DNA from: Eledone cirrhosa
Lineage: Eukaryota
Direction of reading: 5' to 3'
Assembly (NCBI GenBank): GCA_964016885.1
Contig: CAXHJY010000082.1
Coordinates: 124,001 to 188,000 of the forward strand
DNA length: 64,000 bases
The notes beneath the pieces are model-generated. The model was not told where the DNA came from, did not search any database, and worked only from the letters and a program-made list of their open reading frames with translations. The translations under genes and the position numbers were made by a program. Below, in pieces: positions 44,301 through 55,600 of the stretch (positions within the stretch are counted from its first letter, which is position 1; each line of letters opens with the position of its first letter).

Positions 44301-47300
44301 TTCTGACGATGATGACTATGGTGATGACGACTATGGTGATGATGACTATGGTGATGATGACTCTGGTGATGATGACTATGGTGATGATGACTCTGGTGAT
44401 GATGACTCTGGTGATGATGACTATGGTGATGATGACTATGGTGATGATGACTATGGTGATGATGACTATGGTGATGATGACTATGGTGATGATGACTCTG
44501 ACGATGATGACTATGGTGATGATGACTATGGTGATGATGACTATGGTGATGATGACTATGGTGATGATGACTCTGACGATGATGACTATGGTGATGATGA
44601 CTATGGTGATGATGACTATGGTGATGATGACTCTGGTGATGATGACTATAGTGATGATGACTCTGACGATGATGACTATGGTGATGATGACTATGGTGAT
44701 GATGACTCTGGTGATGATGACTCTGGTGATGATGACTCTGACGATGATGACTATGGTGATGATGACTATGGTGATGATGACTCTGACGATGATGACTATG
44801 GTGATGATGACTATGGTGATGATGACTCTGGTGATGATGACTCTGGTGATGATGACTCTGGTGATGATGACTCTGACGATGATGACTATGGTGATGATGA
44901 CTCTGACGATGATGACTATGGTGATGATGACTTTGACGATGATGACTCTGGTGATGATGACTATGGTGATGATGACTATGGTGATGATGACTATGGTGAT
45001 CATGACTATGGTGATGATGACTATGGTGATGATGACTATGGTGATGATGACTATGGTGATGATGACTCTGGTGATGATGACTATGGTGATGATGACTATG
45101 GTGATGATGACTATGGTAATGATGACTATGGTGATGATGACTATGGTGATGATGACTATGGTGATGATGACTATGGTGATGATGACTATTGTGATGATGA
45201 CTCTGGTGATGATGACTATGGTTATGATGACTATGGTGATGATGACTCTGGTGATGATGACTATGGTGATGATGACTATGGTGATGATGACTATGGTGAT
45301 GATGACTATGGTGATGATGACTATGGTGATGATGACTATGGTGATGATGACTATGGTGATGATGACTATGGTGATGATGACTATTGTGATGATGACTCTG
45401 GTGATGATGACTATGGTGATGATGACTATGGTGATGATGACTATGGTGATGATGACTATGGTGATGATGACTATGGTGATGATGACTATGGTGATGATGA
45501 CTATTGTGATGATGACTCTGGTGATGATGACTATGGTTATGATGACTATGGTGATGATGACTCTGACGATGATGACTATGGTGATGATGACTCTGGTGAT
45601 GATGACTCTGACGATGATGACTATGGTGATGATGACTCTGACGATGATGACTATGGTGATGATGACTATGGTGATGATGACTATGGTGATGATGACTATG
45701 GTGATGATGACTATGGTGATGATGACTCTGGTGATGATGACTATGGTGATGATGACTATGGTGATGATGACTATGGTGATGATGACTATGGTGATGATGA
45801 CTCTGGTGATGATGACTATGGTGATGATGACTCTGGTGATGATGACTATGGTGATGATGACGCTGACGATGATGACTCTGGTGATGATGACTATGGTGAT
45901 GATGACTATGCTGATGATGACTATGGTGATGATGACTATGGTGATGATGACTCTGGTGATGATGACTATGGTGATGATGACTATGGTGATGATGACTCTG
46001 GTGATGATGATTCTGACGATGATGACTATGGTGATGACGACTATGGTGATGATGACTATGGTGCTGATGACTCTGGTGATGATGACTATGGTGATGAAGA
46101 CTCTGGTGATGATGACTCTGGTGATGATGACTATGGTGATGATGACTATGGTGATGATGACTCTGGTGATGATGACTCTGGTGATGATGACTATGGTGAT
46201 GATGACTATGGTGATGATGACTATGGTGATGATGACTATGGTGATGATGACTATGGTGATGATGACTCTGACGATGATGACTATGGTGATGATGACTATG
46301 GTGATGATGACTATGGTGATGATGACTATGGTGATGATGACTCTGACGATGATGACTATGGTGATGATGACTATGGTGATGATGACTATGGTGATGATGA
46401 CTCTGGTGATGATGACTATAGTGATGATGACTCTGACGATGATGACTATGGTGATGATGACTATGGTGATGATGACTCTGGTGATGATGACTCTGGTGAT
46501 GATGACTCTGACGATGATGACTATGGTGATGATGACTATGGTGATGATGACTCTGACGATGATGACTATGGTGATGATGACTATGGTGATGATGACTCTG
46601 GTGATGATGACTCTGGTGATGATGACTCTGGTGATGATGACTCTGACGATGATGACTATGGTGATGATGACTCTGACGATGATGACTATGGTGATGATGA
46701 CTTTGACGATGATGACTCTGGTGATGATGACTATGGTGATGATGACTATGGTGATGATGACTATGGTGATCATGACTATGGTGATGATGACTATGGTGAT
46801 GATGACTATGGTGATGATGACTATGGTGATGATGACTCTGGTGATGATGACTATGGTGATGATGACCATGGTGATGATGACTATGGTAATGATGACTATG
46901 GTGATGATGACTATGGTGATGATGACTATGGTGATGATGACTATGGTGATGATGACTATTGTGATGATGACTCTGGTGATGATGACTATGGTTATGATGA
47001 CTATGGTGATGATGACTCTGACGATGATGACTATGGTGATGATGACTATGGTGATGATGACTATGGTGATGATGACTATGGTGATGATGACTATTGTGAT
47101 GATGACTCTGGTGATGATGACTATGGTTATGATGACTATGGTGATGATGACTATGGTGATGATGACTATGGTGATGATGACTATGGTGATGATGACTATG
47201 GTGATGATGACTATTGTGATGATGACTCTGGTGATGATGACTATGGTTATGATGACTATGGTGATGATGACTCTGACGATGATGACTATGGTGATGATGA

Positions 47301-48372
47301 CTCTGGTGATGATGACTCTGACGATGATGACTATGGTGATGATGACTCTGACGATGATGACTATGGTGATGATGACTATGGTGATGATGACTATGGTGAT
47401 GATGACTATGGTGATGATGACTATGGTGATGATGACTCTGGTGATGATGACTATGGTGATGATGACTATGGTGATGATGACTATGGTGATGATGACTATG
47501 GTGATGATGACTATGGTGATGAAGACTATGGTGATGATGACTCTGGTGATGATGACTCTGGTGATGATGACTATGGTGATGATGACTCTGACGATGATGA
47601 CTCTGGTGATGATGACTATGGTGATGATGACTATGCTGATGATGACTACGGTGATGATGACTCTGGCGATGATGACTATGGTGATGATGACTCTGGTGAT
47701 GATGACTCTGGTGATGATGACTATGGTGATGATGACTCTGGTGATGATGCCTCTGGTGATGATGACTCTGGTGATGATGACTCTGACGATGATGACTATG
47801 GTGATGATGACTCTAGTGATGATGACTATGGTGATGATGACTATGGTGATGATGACTATGGTGATGATGACTATGGTGATGATGACTATGGTGATGATGA
47901 CTATGGTGATGATGACTATGGTGATGATGACTCAGGTGATAATGACTATGGTGATGATGACTATGGTGATGATGACTCTGACGATGATGACTCTGGTGAT
48001 GATGACTCTGGTGATGATGACTATGGTGATGATGACTCTGGTGATGATGACTATGGTGATGATGACTCTGGTGATGATGACTCTGGTGATGATGACTATG
48101 GTGATGATGACTATGGTGATGATGACTCTGGTGATGATGACTCTGACGATGATGACTATGGTGATGATGACTATGGTGATGATGACTATGGTGATGATTA
48201 CTATGGTGATGATGACTATGGTGATGATGACTATGGTGATGATGACTATGGTGATGATGACTATGGTGATGATGACTCTGGTGATGATGACTATGGTGAT
48301 GATGACTCTGGTGATGATGACTATGGTGATGATGACTATGGTGATGATGACTATGGTGATGATGACTGGTGA
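41296..48372 (+). CDS. Formal Asp-rich repeat ORF MMT(GDDD[Y/S])n...W, 2,358 aa; coding status doubtful
   Basis: Open between deletions 3 and 4; entirely repeat. Confidence 0.1.
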   Translation: MMTGDDDYGDDDSGDDDYGDDDSDDDDSGDDDYGDDDSDDDDSGDDDYGDDDYGDDDYGDDDYGDDDYGDDDSDDDDYGEDNYGDDDYGDDDSGDDDPGDDDSGDDDSGDDDYGDDDYGDDDYGDDDSGDDDYGDDDSEDDDYCDDDYGDDDYGDDDYGDDDSDDDDYGDDDYGDDDYGDADSGDDDYGDDASGDDDSGDDDYGDDDYGDDDYGDDDYGDDDYGDDDYGDDDYGDDDYGDDDYGDDDSDDDDYGDDDYGDDDYGDDDYGDDDYGDDNYGDDDYGDDDSDDDDYGDDEYGDDDSGDDDSDDDDYGDDDYGDDDYGDDDSHDDDYGDDDSDDDDYGDDDYGDDDSGDDDYGDDASGDDDSGDDDYGDDDYGDDDSGDDDSDDDDYGDDDYGDDDYGDDDYGDDDYGDDDYGDDDSGDDDYGDDDYGDDDYGDDDSDDDDSGDDDYGDDDSGDDDYGDDDSDDDDSGDDDYGDDDYGDDDYGDDDYGDDDYGDDDSDDDDYGDDNYGDDDYGDDDSGDDDPGDDDSGDDDSGDDDYGDDDYGDDDYGDDDSGDDDYGDDDSEDDDYCDDDYGDDDYGDDDYGDDDSDDDDYGDDDYGDDDYGDADSGDDDYGDDASGDDDSGDDDYGDDDYGDDDYGDDDYGDDDYGDDDSDDDDYGDDDYGDDDYGDDDSDDDDYGDDDYGDHDYGDDDYGDDDYGDDNYGDDDYGDDDSDDDDYGDDEYGDDDSGDDDSDDDDYGDDDYGDDDYGDDDSDDDDYGDDDYGDDDYGDDDYCDDDSGDDDYGYDDYGDDDSDDDDYGDDDSGDDDSDDDDYGDDDSDDDDYGDDDYGDDDYGDDDYGDDDYGDDDSGDDDYGDNDYGDDDSGDDDYGDDDSGDDDYGDDDSGDDDYGDDDSDDDDSGDDDYGDDDYADDDYGDDDSGDDDSDDDDYGDDDYGDDDYGDDDSGDDDYGDDDSGDDDSGDDDYGDDDYGDDDYGDDDSGDDDYGDDDYGDDDSGDDDSDDDDYGDDDYGDDDYGDDDSGDDDYGDDDSGDDDSGDDDYGDDDYGDDDYGDDDYGDDDYGDDDSDDDDYGDDDYGDDDYGDDDYGDDDSDDDDYGDDDYGDDDYGDDDSGDDDYSDDDSDDDDYGDDDYGDDDSGDDDSGDDDSDDDDYGDDDYGDDDSDDDDYGDDDYGDDDSGDDDSGDDDSGDDDSDDDDYGDDDSDDDDYGDDDFDDDDSGDDDYGDDDYGDDDYGDHDYGDDDYGDDDYGDDDYGDDDSGDDDYGDDDYGDDDYGNDDYGDDDYGDDDYGDDDYGDDDYCDDDSGDDDYGYDDYGDDDSGDDDYGDDDYGDDDYGDDDYGDDDYGDDDYGDDDYGDDDYGDDDYCDDDSGDDDYGDDDYGDDDYGDDDYGDDDYGDDDYGDDDYCDDDSGDDDYGYDDYGDDDSDDDDYGDDDSGDDDSDDDDYGDDDSDDDDYGDDDYGDDDYGDDDYGDDDYGDDDSGDDDYGDDDYGDDDYGDDDYGDDDSGDDDYGDDDSGDDDYGDDDADDDDSGDDDYGDDDYADDDYGDDDYGDDDSGDDDYGDDDYGDDDSGDDDSDDDDYGDDDYGDDDYGADDSGDDDYGDEDSGDDDSGDDDYGDDDYGDDDSGDDDSGDDDYGDDDYGDDDYGDDDYGDDDYGDDDSDDDDYGDDDYGDDDYGDDDYGDDDSDDDDYGDDDYGDDDYGDDDSGDDDYSDDDSDDDDYGDDDYGDDDSGDDDSGDDDSDDDDYGDDDYGDDDSDDDDYGDDDYGDDDSGDDDSGDDDSGDDDSDDDDYGDDDSDDDDYGDDDFDDDDSGDDDYGDDDYGDDDYGDHDYGDDDYGDDDYGDDDYGDDDSGDDDYGDDDHGDDDYGNDDYGDDDYGDDDYGDDDYGDDDYCDDDSGDDDYGYDDYGDDDSDDDDYGDDDYGDDDYGDDDYGDDDYCDDDSGDDDYGYDDYGDDDYGDDDYGDDDYGDDDYGDDDYCDDDSGDDDYGYDDYGDDDSDDDDYGDDDSGDDDSDDDDYGDDDSDDDDYGDDDYGDDDYGDDDYGDDDYGDDDSGDDDYGDDDYGDDDYGDDDYGDDDYGDEDYGDDDSGDDDSGDDDYGDDDSDDDDSGDDDYGDDDYADDDYGDDDSGDDDYGDDDSGDDDSGDDDYGDDDSGDDASGDDDSGDDDSDDDDYGDDDSSDDDYGDDDYGDDDYGDDDYGDDDYGDDDYGDDDYGDDDSGDNDYGDDDYGDDDSDDDDSGDDDSGDDDYGDDDSGDDDYGDDDSGDDDSGDDDYGDDDYGDDDSGDDDSDDDDYGDDDYGDDDYGDDYYGDDDYGDDDYGDDDYGDDDYGDDDSGDDDYGDDDSGDDDYGDDDYGDDDYGDDDW
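41304..41316. other. 13-bp unit (2-bp deletion) 3; stop ends 41309
   Basis: Same sequence and flanks; matches ORF-track end 41309. Confidence 0.95.
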
Positions 48373-48379
48373 TGATGAC
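48367..48379. other. 13-bp unit (2-bp deletion) 4; stop ends 48372
   Basis: Same downstream flank; the preceding TCTGAC unit is missing; matches ORF-track end 48372. Confidence 0.95.
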
Positions 48380-51300
48380 TATGGTGATGATGACTCTGGT
48401 GATGATGACTATGGTGATGATGACTCTGATGATGATGACTCTGGTGATGATGACTATGGTGATGATGACTCTGACGATGATGACTCTGGTGATGATGACT
48501 ATGGTGATGATGACTATGGTGATGATGACTATGGTGATGATGACTATGGTGATGATGACTATGGTGATGATGATTCTGACGATGATGACTATGGTGAAGA
48601 TAACTATGGTGATGATGACTATGGTGATGATGACTCTGGTGATGATGACCCTGGTGATGATGACTCTGGTGATGATGACTCTGGTGATGATGACTATGGT
48701 GATGATGACTATGGTGATGATGACTATGGTGATGATGACTCTGGTGATGATGACTATGGTGATGATGATTCTGAAGATGATGACTATTGTGATGATGACT
48801 ATGGTGATGATGACTATGGTGATGATGACTATGGTGATGATGATTCTGACGATGATGACTATGGTGATGATGACTATGGTGATGATGACTATGGTGATGC
48901 TGACTCTGGTGATGATGACTATGGTGATGATGCCTCTGGTGATGATGACTCTGGTGATGATGACTATGGTGATGATGACTATGGTGATGATGACTATGGT
49001 GATGATGACTATGGTGATGATGACTATGGTGATGATGACTATGGTGATGATGACTATGGTGATGATGACTATGGTGATGATGACTATGGTGATGATGACT
49101 CTGACGATGATGACTATGGTGATGATGACTATGGTGATGATGACTATGGTGATGATGACTATGGTGATGATGACTATGGTGATGATAACTATGGTGATGA
49201 TGACTATGGTGATGATGACTCTGACGATGATGACTATGGTGATGATGAATATGGTGATGATGACTCTGGTGATGATGACTCTGACGATGATGACTATGGT
49301 GATGATGACTATGGTGATGATGACTATGGTGATGATGACTCTCACGATGATGACTATGGTGATGATGACTCTGACGATGATGACTATGGTGATGATGACT
49401 ATGGTGATGATGACTCTGGTGATGATGACTATGGTGATGATGCCTCTGGTGATGATGACTCTGGTGATGATGACTATGGTGATGATGACTATGGTGATGA
49501 TGACTCTGGTGATGATGACTCTGACGATGATGACTATGGTGATGATGACTATGGTGATGATGACTATGGTGATGATGACTATGGTGATGATGACTATGGT
49601 GATGATGACTATGGTGATGATGACTCTGGTGATGATGACTATGGTGATGATGACTATGGTGATGATGACTATGGTGATGATGACTCTGACGATGATGACT
49701 CTGGTGATGATGACTATGGTGATGATGACTCTGGTGATGATGACTATGGTGATGATGACTCTGACGATGATGACTCTGGTGATGATGACTATGGTGATGA
49801 TGACTATGGTGATGATGACTATGGTGATGATGACTATGGTGATGATGACTATGGTGATGATGATTCTGACGATGATGACTATGGTGATGATAACTATGGT
49901 GATGATGACTATGGTGATGATGACTCTGGTGATGATGACCCTGGTGATGATGACTCTGGTGATGATGACTCTGGTGATGATGACTATGGTGATGATGACT
50001 ATGGTGATGATGACTATGGTGATGATGACTCTGGTGATGATGACTATGGTGATGATGATTCTGAAGATGATGACTATTGTGATGATGACTATGGTGATGA
50101 TGACTATGGTGATGATGACTATGGTGATGATGATTCTGACGATGATGACTATGGTGATGATGACTATGGTGATGATGACTATGGTGATGCTGACTCTGGT
50201 GATGATGACTATGGTGATGATGCCTCTGGTGATGATGACTCTGGTGATGATGACTATGGTGATGATGACTATGGTGATGATGACTATGGTGATGATGACT
50301 ATGGTGATGATGACTATGGTGATGATGACTCTGACGATGATGACTATGGTGATGATGACTATGGTGATGATGACTATGGTGATGATGACTATGGTGATGA
50401 TGACTCTGACGATGATGACTATGGTGATGATGACTATGGTGATCATGACTATGGTGATGATGACTATGGTGATGATGACTATGGTGATGATAACTATGGT
50501 GATGATGACTATGGTGATGATGACTCTGACGATGATGACTATGGTGATGATGAATATGGTGATGATGACTCTGGTGATGATGACTCTGACGATGATGACT
50601 ATGGTGATGATGACTATGGTGATGATGACTATGGTGATGATGACTCTGACGATGATGACTATGGTGATGATGACTATGGTGATGATGACTATGGTGATGA
50701 TGACTATTGTGATGATGACTCTGGTGATGATGACTATGGTTATGATGACTATGGTGATGATGACTCTGACGACGATGACTATGGTGATGATGACTCTGGT
50801 GATGATGACTCTGACGATGATGACTATGGTGATGATGACTCTGACGATGATGACTATGGTGATGATGACTATGGTGATGATGACTATGGTGATGATGACT
50901 ATGGTGATGATGACTATGGTGATGATGACTCTGGTGATGATGACTATGGTGATAATGACTATGGTGATGATGACTCTGGTGATGATGACTATGGTGATGA
51001 TGACTCTGGTGATGATGACTATGGTGATGATGACTCTGGTGATGATGACTATGGTGATGATGACTCTGACGATGATGACTCTGGTGATGATGACTATGGT
51101 GATGATGACTATGCTGATGATGACTATGGTGATGATGACTATGGTGATGATGACTCTGGTGATGATGACTATGGTGATGATGACTATGGTGATGATGACT
51201 CTGGTGATGATGATTCTGACGATGATGACTATGGTGATGACGACTATGGTGATGATGACTATGGTGATGATGACTCTGGTGATGATGACTATGGTGATGA

Positions 51301-52699
51301 TGACTCTGGTGATGATGACTCTGGTGATGATGACTATGGTGATGATGACTATGGTGATGATGACTATGGTGATGATGACTATGGTGATGATGACTATGGT
51401 GATGATGACTCTGACGATGATGACTATGGTGATGATGACTATGGTGATGATGACTATGGTGATGATGACTATGGTGATGATGACTCTGACGATGATGACT
51501 ATGGTGATGATGACTATGGTGATGATGACTATGGTGATGATGACTCTGGTGATGATGACTATAGTGATGATGACTCTGACGATGATGACTATGGTGATGA
51601 TGACTATGGTGATGATGACTCTGGTGATGATGACTCTGGTGATGATGACTCTGACGATGATGACTATGGTGATGATGACTATGGTGATGATGACTCTGAC
51701 GATGATGACTATGGTGATGATGACTATGGTGATGATGACTCTGGTGATGATGACTCTGGTGATGATGACTCTGGTGATGATGACTCTGGTGATGATGACT
51801 CTGACGATGATGACTATGGTGATGATGACTCTGACGATGATGACTATGGTGATGATGACTTTGACGATGATGACTCTGGTGATGATGACTATGGTGATGA
51901 TGACTATGGTGATGATGACTATGGTGATCATGACTATGGTGATGATGACTATGGTGATGATGACTATGGTGATGATGACTATGGTGATGATGACTCTGGT
52001 GATGATGACTATGGTGATGATGACTATGGTGATGATGACTATGGTAATGATGACTATGGTGATGATGACTATGGTGATGATGACTATGGTGATGATGACT
52101 ATGGTGATGATGACTATTGTGATGATGACTCTGGTGATGATGACTATGGTGATGATGACTATGGTGATGATGACTCTGACGATGATGACTATGGTGATGA
52201 TGACTATGGTGATGATGACTATGGTGATGATGACTATGGTGATGATGACTATTGTGATGATGACTCTGGTGATGATGACTATGGTTATGATGACTATGGT
52301 GATGATGACTATGGTGATGATGACTATGGTGATGATGACTATGGTGATGATGACTATGGTGATGATGACTATTGTGATGATGACTCTGGTGATGATGACT
52401 ATGGTTATGATGACTATGGTGATGATGACTCTGACGATGATGACTATGGTGATGATGACTCTGGTGATGATGACTCTGACGATGATGACTATGGTGATGA
52501 TGACTCTGACGATGATGACTATGGTGATGATGACTATGGTGATGATGACTATGGTGATGATGACTATGGTGATGATGACTATGGTGATGATGACTCTGGT
52601 GATGATGACTATGGTGATGATGACTATGGTGATGATGACTATGGTGATGATGACTATGGTGATGATGACTCTGGTGATGATGACTATGGTGATGATGAC

Positions 52700-55600
52700 T
52701 CTGGTGATGATGACTATGGTGATGATGACGCTGACGATGATGACTCTGGTGATGATGACTATGGTGATGATGACTATGCTGATGATGACTATGGTGATGA
52801 TGACTATGGTGATGATGACTCTGGTGATGATGACTATGGTGATGATGACTATGGTGATGATGACTCTGGTGATGATGATTCTGACGATGATGACTATGGT
52901 GATAACGACTATGGTGATGATGACTATGGTGATGATGACTCTGGTGATGATGACTATGGTGATGAAGACTCTGGTGATGATGACTCTGGTGATGATGACT
53001 ATGGTGATGATGACTATGGTGATGATGACTCTGGTGATGATGACTCTGGTGATGATGACTATGGTGATGATGACTATGGTGATGATGACTCTGGTGATGA
53101 TGACTCTGGTGATGATGACTATGGTGATGATGACTATGGTGATGATGACTATGGTGATGATGACTCTGGTGATGATGACTATGGTGATGATGATTCTGAA
53201 GATGATGACTATTGTGATGATGACTATGGTGATGATGACTATGGTGATGATGACTATGGTGATGATGATTCTGACGATGATGACTATGGTGATGATGACT
53301 ATGGTGATGATGACTATGGTGATGCTGACTCTGGTGATGATGACTATGGTGATGATGCCTCTGGTGATGATGACTCTGGTGATGATGACTATGGTGATGA
53401 TGACTATGGTGATGATGACTATGGTGATGATGACTATGGTGATGATGACTATGGTGATGATGACTATGGTGATGATGACTATGGTGATGATGACTATGGT
53501 GATGATGACTATGGTGATGATGACTCTGACGATGATGACTATGGTGATGATGACTATGGTGATGATGACTATGGTGATGATGACTATGGTGATGATGACT
53601 ATGGTGATGATAACTATGGTGATGATGACTATGGTGATGATGACTCTGACGATGATGACTATGGTGATGATGAATATGGTGATGATGACTCTGGTGATGA
53701 TGACTCTGACGATGATGACTATGGTGATGATGACTATGGTGATGATGACTATGGTGATGATGACTCTCACGATGATGACTATGGTGATGATGACTCTGAC
53801 GATGATGACTATGGTGATGATGACTATGGTGATGATGACTCTGGTGATGATGACTATGGTGATGATGCCTCTGGTGATGATGACTCTGGTGATGATGACT
53901 ATGGTGATGATGACTATGGTGATGATGACTCTGGTGATGATGACTCTGACGATGATGACTATGGTGATGATGACTATGGTGATGATGACTATGGTGATGA
54001 TGACTATGGTGATGATGACTATGGTGATGATGACTATGGTGATGATGACTCTGGTGATGATGACTATGGTGATGATGACTATGGTGATGATGACTATGGT
54101 GATGATGACTCTGACGATGATGACTCTGGTGATGATGACTATGGTGATGATGACTCTGGTGATGATGACTATGGTGATGATGACTCTGACGATGATGACT
54201 CTGGTGATGATGACTATGGTGATGATGACTATGGTGATGATGACTATGGTGATGATGACTATGGTGATGATGACTATGGTGATGATGATTCTGACGATGA
54301 TGACTATGGTGATGATAACTATGGTGATGATGACTATGGTGATGATGACTCTGGTGATGATGACCCTGGTGATGATGACTCTGGTGATGATGACTCTGGT
54401 GATGATGACTATGGTGATGATGACTATGGTGATGATGACTATGGTGATGATGACTCTGGTGATGATGACTATGGTGATGATGATTCTGAAGATGATGACT
54501 ATTGTGATGATGACTATGGTGATGATGACTATGGTGATGATGACTATGGTGATGATGATTCTGACGATGATGACTATGGTGATGATGACTATGGTGATGA
54601 TGACTATGGTGATGCTGACTCTGGTGATGATGACTATGGTGATGATGCCTCTGGTGATGATGACTCTGGTGATGATGACTATGGTGATGATGACTATGGT
54701 GATGATGACTATGGTGATGATGACTATGGTGATGATGACTATGGTGATGATGACTCTGACGATGATGACTATGGTGATGATGACTATGGTGATGATGACT
54801 ATGGTGATGATGACTCTGACGATGATGACTATGGTGATGATGACTATGGTGATCATGACTATGGTGATGATGACTATGGTGATGATGACTATGGTGATGA
54901 TAACTATGGTGATGATGACTATGGTGATGATGACTCTGACGATGATGACTATGGTGATGATGAATATGGTGATGATGACTCTGGTGATGATGACTCTGAC
55001 GATGATGACTATGGTGATGATGACTATGGTGATGATGACTATGGTGATGATGACTCTGACGATGATGACTATGGTGATGATGACTATGGTGATGATGACT
55101 ATGGTGATGATGACTATTGTGATGATGACTCTGGTGATGATGACTATGGTTATGATGACTATGGTGATGATGACTCTGACGACGATGACTATGGTGATGA
55201 TGACTCTGGTGATGATGACTCTGACGATGATGACTATGGTGATGATGACTCTGACGATGATGACTATGGTGATGATGACTATGGTGATGATGACTATGGT
55301 GATGATGACTATGGTGATGATGACTATGGTGATGATGACTCTGGTGATGATGACTATGGTGATAATGACTATGGTGATGATGACTCTGGTGATGATGACT
55401 ATGGTGATGATGACTCTGGTGATGATGACTATGGTGATGATGACTCTGGTGATGATGACTATGGTGATGATGACTCTGACGATGATGACTCTGGTGATGA
55501 TGACTATGGTGATGATGACTATGCTGATGATGACTATGGTGATGATGACTATGGTGATGATGACTCTGGTGATGATGACTATGGTGATGATGACTATGGT

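Larger units (their letters stand above)
40400..53100. repeat. Tandem duplication with ~7.07 kb offset spanning the subfamily junction (second copy starts near 47.5 kb)
   Basis: GAAGAC 40443/47521 and TCA 40854/47932 (offset 7,078). Deletion 41304/48367, GAAGATAAC 41533/48596 and TCTCAC 42277/49340 (offset 7,063). Confidence 0.8.

Noticed and set aside
5-48372. Giant + strand ORFs of 5,903, 9,569 and 10,219 aa as annotated in the track
   Set aside because: They overlap each other, are pure repeat, and are Met-frame/Asp-frame chimeras made by the 2-bp deletions. The consensus Met-frame codons cannot become stops by one substitution, so length is uninformative.
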